DNA from: Octopus bimaculoides | Taxonomy: Eukaryota | Assembly (NCBI RefSeq): GCF_001194135.2 | Contig: NC_068981.1 | Coordinates: 2,582,242 to 2,646,241 of the forward strand | Direction of reading: 5' to 3' | Length of the DNA: 64,000 nucleotides | Part shown: one piece after another, positions 12,582-21,310 of the stretch | Numbering within the stretch: the stretch's first letter is position 1 | How the letters are laid out: each line of letters starts with the position of its first letter | Translations under genes and position numbers: made by a program | The notes under the pieces: generated by a model | The model's input: the letters and a program-made list of their open reading frames with translations, nothing else | Databases searched by the model: none | Told to the model about the DNA's origin: nothing

Positions 12582-15500
12582 CTCCCTCACTGCTTGACAA
12601 CCAGTGTTGGTTTGTTCATATTTTCATAACTTAGCAGTTCAGCAAAGGAGACCAATAGATCAAGTGAGCATCAGGCTTTAAAAAAAGCCACAACTAAGTG
12701 GTGGAGTCAATTTGTTTGACTAAGACTTTTCAGAGTAGTACCCAGCATGGCCCCAGTCCAGTGACTGAAACTAGTAAAAGAAAAGAGCTGCAAAAAATGC
12801 AATGGATGAATAAAAATGTTACTTGCTTTGATTAACATCCGAGGCCGGTCCAGAGCTAGGCGGTAATATCCCTTTAAGAAAATAGAAACAGTAAATATTA
12901 GCAATTCATTTATTAATATTTAATTAGTCAGTGTAAATGGAACAGTTACCATTCAAATAGTTTATGTAAGTGTAAACATTAAAATTCAGCAACTGAAAAA
13001 ATAGCTTGCTTTGTCTTTCTTGGTCTAGGGGTATGGTTTTTGCTTAGGGTGCGAGGGGTCCTGGTTTTGAATCCTGGACAAGCTCAATGTCTTATCTGGC
13101 ACATGAAAAGCACCTTTTGAATGCTGGGCCTCACGGAGGCAATGGCAAATGACCAAGACCTTTGGCAATATGCTGTGCTTGAGAAGAAGACCCATCAAGC
13201 CAAGTGAAACCATAGTCATGGCTGATACTGTTGTCACACAACTGGTGCCCATGCTGGTGGCATGTAAAAGCACCCATTACACTCTCAGAGTGGTTGGCAT
13301 TATTAGGAAGGGCATCCAGACGTAGAAACCATGCCAAATCAGACTGGAGTCAGGTGCAGCTCCTCAGCTTACCAGCCCTGGTCAAACCATCCAACCCATG
13401 CCAGCATGGACAACAGAAGCTAAATGACGATGATGATGATAATGATGATGATGATACATATCTTGTGCTTTATTAAAGAAAACATAGCATAAAGCTGAAT
13501 AGAGGTGGGAAGTGATGAGAGGGAAGAGGTAAAGGAGTAGGTCTATTTAGGGCCCACAGTGAATGTGCATCAAGTCATGGATGCTGAAATCTCGGAGAGA
13601 ATAAGAGCAAGATGGATGACGTTTACCTCGGCCATATATGGATATGTTCAAAGCAAAGCTGGACAAGACCATACGTGCCAAACTCCTCAATAGCACTGAC
13701 CTACTTGAACTCTTGTATGCAAGTGAGATGTGGGGTACTTATGAAGATTGAAGAATGAACAGCAATTGGCTTTGGACCATGGAAAGATCTATGCTATGGA
13801 TGTTATTATGAGCGCATGTCCGAAATGAGATAATCTGAGAATGAGTAGAGAGAATGAAGTGGATGCAGAATACTGAAAGCACAATTCCCACAGGGCAGGA
13901 CGGCAGGACACACCACAAGCTTCACGGACAACAGATGGAGCTGTGCAGTTACTGAGTGGTATCCATGAAAGCCTCTACAGCTATGGGAAGACAGTTTAGT
14001 TAAATGATTAGGGCCAAGATAGAAAAAGAATGGTACAATCAAGAAAGAGTTGGAAGCACACTGTGACCAGTGATGTGTAACATTGAATAGTCTGGTCGAC
14101 ACAGTGATATTAAAGAAATATGTGTTGCATACATATACACATATATATATGTTATATATATATATTATGTATCTGTTGTATACATATACAAGTGTGCATG
14201 TGTCTATGTGTGTGTGCATATGTATGTATATTTGTGTGTATGTGTGCCTGTGTGTGTTTGTGTCTGCATGTGTGGATACCGTGTGCTAATTGTGCAGAAA
14301 CAGTGATGCTTGTTTGTAATCTTCCATGAAAACATATCCATAAATCACGCCGTTCAAATTCAAAAGACTAAGCTAAATATTCCCTTCCTTGGAGACAGCC
14401 GAGGGTTGGTAACAATAGTATCTGGTGATAGGAAATCTGCCTTGACAAATTCCGTCTGACCCAGACTAGCATGGAAAAGTGGATGTTGAAACGATGATGA
14501 TGATGTTGATAAGTCATAAGAAATACAAGTATCAAAACATACACATGCACACATACAGAACCATACACACACAATGCACATACATGTATACATACGCACA
14601 TGCACACATACATACACCATAATGATATGTAACAAAAATACTCACCATTCAAATACCAAGGATATCCAAGATATTTCTGGATTCCTTGAACTTCAGAAAA
14701 GGCAATAACTGAAATTGGAAAAAACACCAAGAAATGATTGTTTATAAAACCCCAAAATGATATATTAACGATAAAAAAATTTTACTTGGTAAAACAAAAA
14801 ATGGAAATTATGAACAACAAAAGCAGTATTAGTTTAAAATAGCCATTTATGTATCATACTCAATGCAAATACATCATTGAAAGCTAAATTAACTGTGGCA
14901 TTTGTTTGGTAATATCTGTTAAGGCTGTGTTATGTTAAATGACGTAAAAATGTATCAGTGGCTGACAAAAATTGTCCAGCAGTAGAGATGGGCACCACCG
15001 CTGCAGGACAAAATTGTCTGCTACTGACATATTTTTGTGTTACTAGACATCATGCATTCTCACTTTTTCATAACTGGTGACAAGGAAAAAGAGAAAAAGA
15101 AAAAACAGGAAAGAAAATACTTAGTCAAAACAGTTTTGTATAAATGTGATGAAATTCACCCGTCATTTTATTCAGGGTGCAACATTAGCAATTCACAAAT
15201 ATATTCGTTCCAATGCTTTTTGAGGACTGGAAGTGTAGTAGAGTCAGAATATTTTCTGAGAATGTGCACTTTCAGGTGTTCTTCAAAATCACAGCTGTTT
15301 GATGTAAAATGTTCAGCAATTTCCATCGAACAACTGCTATTGTGCCTGATATCACACCCACTGAATCTTTTATTTTATTGTTCTGTTGCACAACCAACAT
15401 AAATTAAATTGTGTTTGGTGCATTCTGCTGTGTACACCAAATGGTAAACTTTACATATCCCACCTTTCATATAAATCCTTATATTTCTGTGATGATTCGT

Positions 15501-17528
15501 GATGGAATTCACTTGAATCATGTTGTTGCAAAATAAACAGAGTTTACCTCTCTTTTGGCTGTTTTTCAAGGAGCAGCATTCAAAAACTCCAATGGTAGTT
15601 TTCTTGGGATTAGAGATAGTGGTTAATAGGTCTCTTATATTTTTATTGCATCTAAAGTCTACAATAGGCCGCTGAGCAAATATTTGTTTGAAACCAAGAT
15701 ATTTTTCTGAAATATACTGGCAACTTTCATGCAACACTTTTGAAAGGCCAGTGAAATTTCAGTGCCTAAAGGAATTTGATCACAAATTTTATTTTGGCTA
15801 CTAAAATTATGAGTGAAAGTTTGACTTTCCTTGCTAATTTTTGCTATGTCATTTGCAAGTTCCTTAACTGCGTTTGACATAATGCATTTGCATATTTCCA
15901 GTGATCCCAAAGGCGGCGAGCTGATAGAAGCATTAGCATGCCAGACAAAATGCTTAGCGGTATTTCGTCTGTCTTCACATTCTGAGTTCAAATGCTGCCA
16001 GGGTCGACTCTGGTCGACTCTGCCTTTCATCCTTTCGGGGTTGGTAAAATAAGTACCAATTGAGCACTGAGGTCGATGTAATCGACTTACTCCCTCCCCC
16101 AAAGTTTCAAGCCTTGTGCTTACAGTAGACAGGATATTTCCAGTAATCCCTTATATCAGTACAAATCCATTTTATCTTCAAAAACTAGGATTTCGGATTT
16201 GATCTAATTATACCATGTGGATGATCAGAGTGGCAGTGGAGGTAAATGTGGGATGATGTGGGCTGGTGAAATAACTCTGACCCTATTCTGCCTTCTGAAA
16301 ACTTAACTTTTGTGTCCAAAATCTCAATGGTAGGTTTTGAAAAACCTGTGTAAGCATTTAACTTGTTTGGGCACGCTTACGTTAAAAAACTATTTTAGAA
16401 TGACTTTTTTCTGTTAAAACGCTAAAAATAACTGACCAACAAAAAAAAAAAAGAAAAAGATTCAACCAAATCCAAAAATAAACCCAAATACTAAGCGAAC
16501 AAAGATGCAAAACAACAGAAACATACATTAAAAATAAAACAAATTAAAAAAAAAATAGGTAAAAAATCTTTTAAATTTTCAAAGGTGAAGTCAGATGGGT
16601 TTTATTTAGGCATATCATAAAAGTAAGTATAAAGAATTGCTAAATATAAAGAAAAGTATGTTTTTTCAAGCAAATACGGTTAGAAAAAGTATTTGCCATT
16701 TCAAGTCATCATTAAAAACAAAGCTTATCAATTTTTGAATGAAATAATAATTTCATTCTTTTATTGTAAGTTGTAAATTTTGCTCGAGAAATAAAGCAAA
16801 TAATCACCGAATGCATTGTTAAAAATCTGCAACTTGATAGCAAATATCTTCGAATTGATTAGAAATGCATTAATTTAATGATAATGACGCTAAATAAAAT
16901 ATGGTTGAGAATTACCAAAGAAATTACTCTATCTCAACAAAAAAAAACAGCACGTACCTTTATAGAGAACAGATTGTATTCAAGTGAAACATACCAAATA
17001 CACAGAGTTGAAACACTGTTTGATTATTCTTTTCAGCGTTGAATGTTAACCATCACACGTCCATTGCACTTGCACACACACACACACACATTCATATACC
17101 CCAACCATCCCACTTCCATTGCGCTTGCACACGCACACAAACACACACACATTCAGATACCCCAAGTTTAAACGTTGTTTGATTTATTCTTTTCAGCGTA
17201 CAATTTTCATCATCCCACTATCGAGTATGACATCATCCCATCCTTCCTTATTCATGTATCACCCCTTCCTTTCTCATTCATAAACACAAGATTATGATTA
17301 TAGTAGATTATCTCGGTAACCATGGGAGCTATGAAAAAATACAAAGCCCAGCATCACCACTGGATCATTCTACATATATGTATAGGTCTTCGCACAATTC
17401 CACCCAGCCGTTTGACCGTGAATCCCAAGACAAGAAAGAATCGCCCGTGTCAAATTTATATGTATAGATATTTCAACATGTAACTTACCCGCCAGCAAAG
17501 CTACCAAAGCAAAACAGGGTTTGCTCAT
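1018..17528 (-). CDS. Spliced micro-exon gene (3'-incomplete) encoding a secreted Pro/Trp/Lys-rich repeat protein: MSKPCFALVALLAVIAFSEVQGIQKYLGYPWYLNGILPPSSGPASDVNQKYKPIRPVSPLWWKSNGLFPLRGEPELKPKPKPEYRPQLPPWWMKKGILIPGSQPEWKPKPEYRPQLPPWWMRTGIINSKVKSGWKPKPEYKPTFPIPENWLRGRYYPKSEPEWRPRI... (167 aa visible)
   Basis: 11 exons, each with an AG acceptor after a pyrimidine tract and a GT donor (one GC). All junctions are phase 1 and join into one stop-free frame of 502 nt. The N-terminus is hydrophobic, and two paralogous exon types alternate strictly. Confidence 0.88.
1520..2010 (+). mobile_element. RTE 3'UTR fragment with internal tandem units and (GAT)n tail
   Basis: Matches the RTE 3' family seen at 13100, 34945 and 60660. 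Confidence 0.8.
2469..2510 (-). CDS. Coding exon 10, 42 nt, E-type: (E)YKPTFPIPENWLR
   Basis: Acceptor tttaacttttcag, donor G|gtaaag. Confidence 0.87.
4530..4574 (-). CDS. Coding exon 9, 45 nt, G-type: (G)IINSKVKSGWKPKP
   Basis: Acceptor ttttattgttttcactctag, donor G|gtatgg. Confidence 0.87.
5112..5465 (-). mobile_element. RTE 3' fragment
   Basis: Reverse copy of the same 3'UTR family. Confidence 0.8.
5586..5827. mobile_element. Tigger/pogo-type MITE
   Basis: TA|cagtaatccct ... agggattaatg|TA terminal inverted repeats. Confidence 0.7.
5917..6120 (-). mobile_element. SINE family A (tail type 2)
   Basis: Same head and core, with tail cccccaaaatttcaggccttgtgcc. Confidence 0.85.
6220..6258 (-). 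CDS. Coding exon 8, 39 nt, E-type: (E)YRPQLPPWWMRT
   Basis: Acceptor ttttttttcag, donor G|gtaaac, 37 of 39 nt identical to exon 6. Confidence 0.88.
6578..6900 (-). mobile_element. SINE family B, 5'-truncated
   Basis: Reverse family match. Confidence 0.8.
7269..7313 (-). CDS. Coding exon 7, 45 nt, G-type: (G)ILIPGSQPEWKPKP
   Basis: Acceptor ttttattgttttcaatctag, donor G|gtatgg. Confidence 0.88.
8240..8278 (-). CDS. Coding exon 6, 39 nt, E-type: (E)YRPQLPPWWMKK
   Basis: Acceptor ttttttttcag, donor G|gtaaac. Confidence 0.88.
8912..8962 (-). CDS. Coding exon 5, 51 nt, G-type: (G)LFPLRGEPELKPKPKP
   Basis: Acceptor ctttcttctttttatctag, donor G|gtatgt, has one extra KP unit. Confidence 0.88.
9075..9600 (+). 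mobile_element. RTE LINE 3' fragment with (ATG)n tail
   Basis: ERRLHWFGHMMWMDEDSC...VEG then the shared 3'UTR ggttggcattaggaagggtatccagctgtagaaa...gacgttaaatgatgatg. Confidence 0.8.
9610..10135 (-). mobile_element. R4/Dong-like non-LTR retrotransposon 3' end (restriction-like endonuclease) with (TAA)n tail
   Basis: SEKCKVLWGFPIQT...NKPDI...ALGTVSNDVEKWL...GTGKIIRRVLST* followed by taataataat. Confidence 0.8.
10155..10657 (+). mobile_element. SINE family B with internal TA/TG microsatellite (contains a gap)
   Basis: ggcaagtgtcttctactatagcc...tttgtccctccaaca...ggtggtgctacagcatggccgcagtcaaatgactgaaacaagtaaaagag. Confidence 0.85.
11073..11120 (-). CDS. Coding exon 4, 48 nt, E-type: (K/E)YKPIRPVSPLWWKSN
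   Basis: Acceptor tttctctttcag, donor G|gtaagc, paralogous to exons at 8240, 6220 and 2469. Confidence 0.88.
11481..11872 (-). mobile_element. Full-length tRNA-derived SINE (family C) with 12-bp TSD
   Basis: tRNA-like head tggaggcacaatggcccagtggttagggcagc, (CAA)n tail, TSD ataaccacttat at 11469-11480 and 11873-11884. Confidence 0.9.
12335..12787 (+). mobile_element. SINE family B, near full length
   Basis: tRNA-like head (gttcagttccactgc), internal (TG)n, shared tail. Confidence 0.85.
12827..12871 (-). CDS. Coding exon 3, 45 nt, G-type: (G)ILPPSSGPASDVNQ, predicted GC donor
   Basis: Acceptor tttctattttcttaaag. Starts GG ATA TTA like its paralogues. The donor gcaagt gives 45 nt and keeps frame, whereas the next GT (4 nt further) would shift it. 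Confidence 0.68.
13100..13455 (+). mobile_element. RTE 3' fragment (end of ORF plus 3'UTR and tail)
   Basis: GLTEAMANDQDLWQYAVLEK then the shared 3'UTR and (GAT)n. Confidence 0.85.
13530..14090 (+). mobile_element. RTE-clade LINE RT/C-terminal fragment (second RTE subtype)
   Basis: VYLGP...EISERIRARW...LLYASEMW...MERSML...AGHTTSFTDNRWSCAVTEWYP, with stops. Confidence 0.8.
14646..14708 (-). CDS. Coding exon 2, 63 nt: (V)IAFSEVQGIQKYLGYPWYLN
   Basis: Acceptor ttttttccaatttcag, donor G|gtgagt; completes the signal peptide with a VQG-type cleavage motif. Confidence 0.88.
15120..15780 (-). mobile_element. Penelope-like element fragment (GIY-YIG endonuclease region)
   Basis: PIVDFRCNKNIRDLL linker, Cys pairs, LVYTAEC...LIYVG motif, downstream IAEHF. 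Confidence 0.8.
15911..16136 (+). mobile_element. SINE family A (tail type 2)
   Basis: ggcggcgagctg...gagttcaaat...aataagtaccaattg. Confidence 0.85.
17489..17528 (-). CDS. Coding exon 1 (ATG plus first half of signal peptide, MSKPCFALVALLA); whole exon is 17489-17557 including 5'UTR
   Basis: Acceptor ttttcttttttctctag, start context GGCATCATGA, donor G|gtaagt, phase 1. Confidence 0.85.
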
Positions 17529-19337
17529 GATGCCTGGTGTTTGTTAACAAGAGAAATCTAGAGAAAAAAGAAAACATAGAATTATATGGTTACAGAAAAA
17601 ATTAATTTGACTTCTCTTTCTCTTCATCCCATGGAAGTTAAAATTTAAAAAAAAAACCCCTTATACTATCGACCCATGTGAAAGTGCCTCTGGTTCCTTC
17701 ATCAAAAACTACCCATTCATTCTAAACCGTTCAATATTTTTGCAAGTCCCTTCCTGTTAAGTTGTTTCCAAAACAACATTTTAATATACATGTTTAATAA
17801 TAAGCGAAAGTGGAACGAAAGTCGGTGATGTTGGCCTGACAAAAATCTGCAATATTTTGGCTGTGTTATCAGAGACCAGAACTTGGGTACTAAGTGGATG
17901 GAATCATGTTCTTGGGAGACAAAGACGAAGATGAAGCAATGACAATGAGGACTGAGGGGTAAGGACCCTGGTGGAGTTTATGGTCGCAGCATAAGATCGC
18001 AGTGTGTGGCAAGGAATAATGGTTGCATCAGAAGCACCCTAACCTTTAACCATGGTGACAGGCATAATCATTCACTAATAAGATTATTTTAGTAAAGCCC
18101 TTCAAATCCTTGGATGTTGTTAAAAAGAAAACACAAGCAATGTCTATCGTTAGAAATGACCCCGTGAAAAGGACGAAAATGTATTTGAGAGACAAGAAAC
18201 ACATAAATTCAATTGATTCATGTGAAATACAAATGGCATCTTGACAGGATTTGAAATCAGAAATATATGTAAGGAAAGCTGACACCAATAAACATTCAGG
18301 TATTTCTATCATCTGGTTTCAGTCATTTAGCTGAATTATATCATTTAACTCAGTGTTTTTCAAACCCTTTTGTACTACTCCCCACTTGATTTTCGAACAA
18401 AAAGTGCTCCACCATAAATAGACAAAGTATATATGTATATGTGTGTGTGTATGTGTGTGTGTGTATATATATAAGTTGGCATATAATAACACGTATATAT
18501 ATATATATATATTATAATGAAATTGTGGATTTTTAAAATTCGCCCCCCCTTGAAAATGTGTTTTTTTTTAATGGTGATGGCTGTCATGAAGATGCGAGGA
18601 GGTGTTGGGGGGGGGGGGACATTTAAAAGTTACAGATTAAAATTTTTTTCTTTTTAGAAAAGGCTCTTCCAACTTGATCATTTTGAAGTGCATGGTATAT
18701 AAAAAAAAATTGTAACATTCCCATCAAGACGGAGAAAATCAAACTTATGTAGGATAACAATTCTGAAAGTCAGTCGAAATTAAAAACTTTATTGTGAGTT
18801 TTATCCATTTATTACTTACACCCGACTTTGAAGTAACGGACACCCCAGCTCAAGAACCATTGATCTTATCATTCGACTTGTTGTGGGACACATCATTAAA
18901 AATTCTTCTTGTTGTTTAGCCACAGGTCACCTCTGATTGAGCAGCCAATATTCAACATGTCTTATCTATGAACACAGTCACCAATGTATCATTCCTTCTT
19001 TTAATAATGTAGAGTGTAATTTGAGTCAGATTCAGCTGTTGTTTCTCGCAAGTTGAATGATTGTGTAAACAATGATGAAACACCGTTTTTTTTTAATAAA
19101 TATTCATTTAATATAAATTAATAACCTATGAATTTGTAAAATTAAAGCTTCATTATTTTTCTCAGAACATATGTGTCCTCAAGAGGTTTTATTTTTAATT
19201 ACTGTTTTGTCATTTTAAAGCTTCATTTGTTTTACACAAAAGGTTTTGGAGATTTGGTCAGCAGGGTGATTCCAAGCATAATTGCATGCGAAATTTTATC
19301 TGCAGGCAAACGGTTTCCTACCCATGATAGAAAGAAT

Positions 19338-20090
19338 NNNNNNNNNNNNNNNNNNNNNNNNNNNNNNNNNNNNNNNNNNNNNNNNNNNNNNNNNNNNNNN
19401 NNNNNNNNNNNNNNNNNNNNNNNNNNNNNNNNNNNNNNNNNNNNNNNNNNNNNNNNNNNNNNNNNNNNNNNNNNNNNNNNNNNNNNNNNNNNNNNNNNNN
19501 NNNNNNNNNNNNNNNNNNNNNNNNNNNNNNNNNNNNNNNNNNNNNNNNNNNNNNNNNNNNNNNNNNNNNNNNNNNNNNNNNNNNNNNNNNNNNNNNNNNN
19601 NNNNNNNNNNNNNNNNNNNNNNNNNNNNNNNNNNNNNNNNNNNNNNNNNNNNNNNNNNNNNNNNNNNNNNNNNNNNNNNNNNNNNNNNNNNNNNNNNNNN
19701 NNNNNNNNNNNNNNNNNNNNNNNNNNNNNNNNNNNNNNNNNNNNNNNNNNNNNNNNNNNNNNNNNNNNNNNNNNNNNNNNNNNNNNNNNNNNNNNNNNNN
19801 NNNNNNNNNNNNNNNNNNNNNNNNNNNNNNNNNNNNNNNNNNNNNNNNNNNNNNNNNNNNNNNNNNNNNNNNNNNNNNNNNNNNNNNNNNNNNNNNNNNN
19901 NNNNNNNNNNNNNNNNNNNNNNNNNNNNNNNNNNNNNNNNNNNNNNNNNNNNNNNNNNNNNNNNNNNNNNNNNNNNNNNNNNNNNNNNNNNNNNNNNNNN
20001 NNNNNNNNNNNNNNNNNNNNNNNNNNNNNNNNNNNNNNNNNNNNNNNNNNNNNNNNNNNNNNNNNNNNNNNNNNNNNNNNNNNNNNNNNN
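19338..20090. other. Assembly gap (others: 8626-8726, 10262-10383, 22509-22888, 28664-29395, 39731-40122, 41536-42268, 50042-50298, 54431-54614, 57109-57234, and four 10-N gaps)
   Basis: Runs of N. Confidence 1.
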
Positions 20091-21004
20091 CACCACCACC
20101 ATCATCATCATCATCATCATCATCATCACTTTTTAATTTATAATTTACAGTAATTTACTTTACAATAACAATGATTTGTTTCTCAGAGAATGAATTTCAA
20201 CTTTTATTACATCTTTGAAAATAAAAGAAGTTTGAATTTAAAGAGACGCATAATTTAATTTGTATTATTGACAATTATATTGAATACAATGAATACAATG
20301 GAATGACTTTGAAATTTCATTCCAGTTTGTGAGAATTACAGCCGGCACCTTGTAAGAACAGTAGTTCCAAAGTGTTGAGTACATTTATCTTGTATTGTCC
20401 TTGAGTCACTCCATTACAATAACATTGCATTTTATTATTGTTTATTATGATGGCTTAGTCAGAGAAAAAAGCCAAGTAGGTAAAGCAATGCATGGAGACT
20501 CCTACGTATACAACCATAGCATGCATAGTAACATTGAACCCCTACACCAGGCATGGATAACCTTTTTTTCAAGAACCAGGCTGCATGAAACAGAGCCCAT
20601 CATCTGGCAGACCACGCTGTTAAGAAAAATTTGTGATAATTTTTCGTGAGGTGTGCCATTCAGAAAGTCCTGCGGGCTGCAGTTTGTCAGTGACTGACCC
20701 CGACCCAGTAAATAACCAGTGTGCCTATGTCTTAAGATGGCACTGAAAGGTTGTGCCCCTGATTTTATTCCAGAACCTCCAAGACTGGTGGTTAGATGAG
20801 GGAAGATGTCGTTCATCCTCAGATTGGAAACTAGTTCAAATTCTGTCAACAGAATGGGGTCTGTTAAAGGCTCTAAACACCAGATGGTAGTGTTAAACTG
20901 GCGTGAAGGGTCAAACCTACGACCCCCAAACAAAAGCAGTCCTTCCGAGGTGATTCCATGCTATTTCTGTCTACCAAATTTCACTCATAAACTTTGTCCG
21001 ATCT

Positions 21005-21310
21005 TAGTGGTTAGGGTATTCAGCTCACGATCATGAGATTATAAGTTCAATTCCCTGGTGGCACATTGTGTCCTTGAGATAGACACTTTATTTCACATTG
21101 CTCCAGTCCAATCAGCTGGCAAAAATGAGTTGTGCCTCTAACTCAAAGGTCCAACCTTGTCACATTCTATGTCGCACCGAATCTCTCTAAGAACTATGTC
21201 AAGGGTAAGCATGTCTGTGGAGTGCTCAGCCATTTACACATTAATTTCACAAAAAGGCTATTCCATTGATTGGATCAACTGGAATCCCTATCATTGTAAC
21301 TGATGGAGAG
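21005..21310 (+). mobile_element. Older SINE family C copy
   Basis: Diverged match to the 32958 copy. Confidence 0.7.

Noticed and set aside
17290-17470. Possible HINE/Helitron-like element ending near the exon 1 donor
   Set aside because: The resemblance is by eye only, with a single copy in the window and no clear termini
19173-20153. Long ORFs in the track (also 22418-22970, 28573-29602, 39556-40186, 41386-42476)
   Set aside because: They consist mostly of N gaps translated as X
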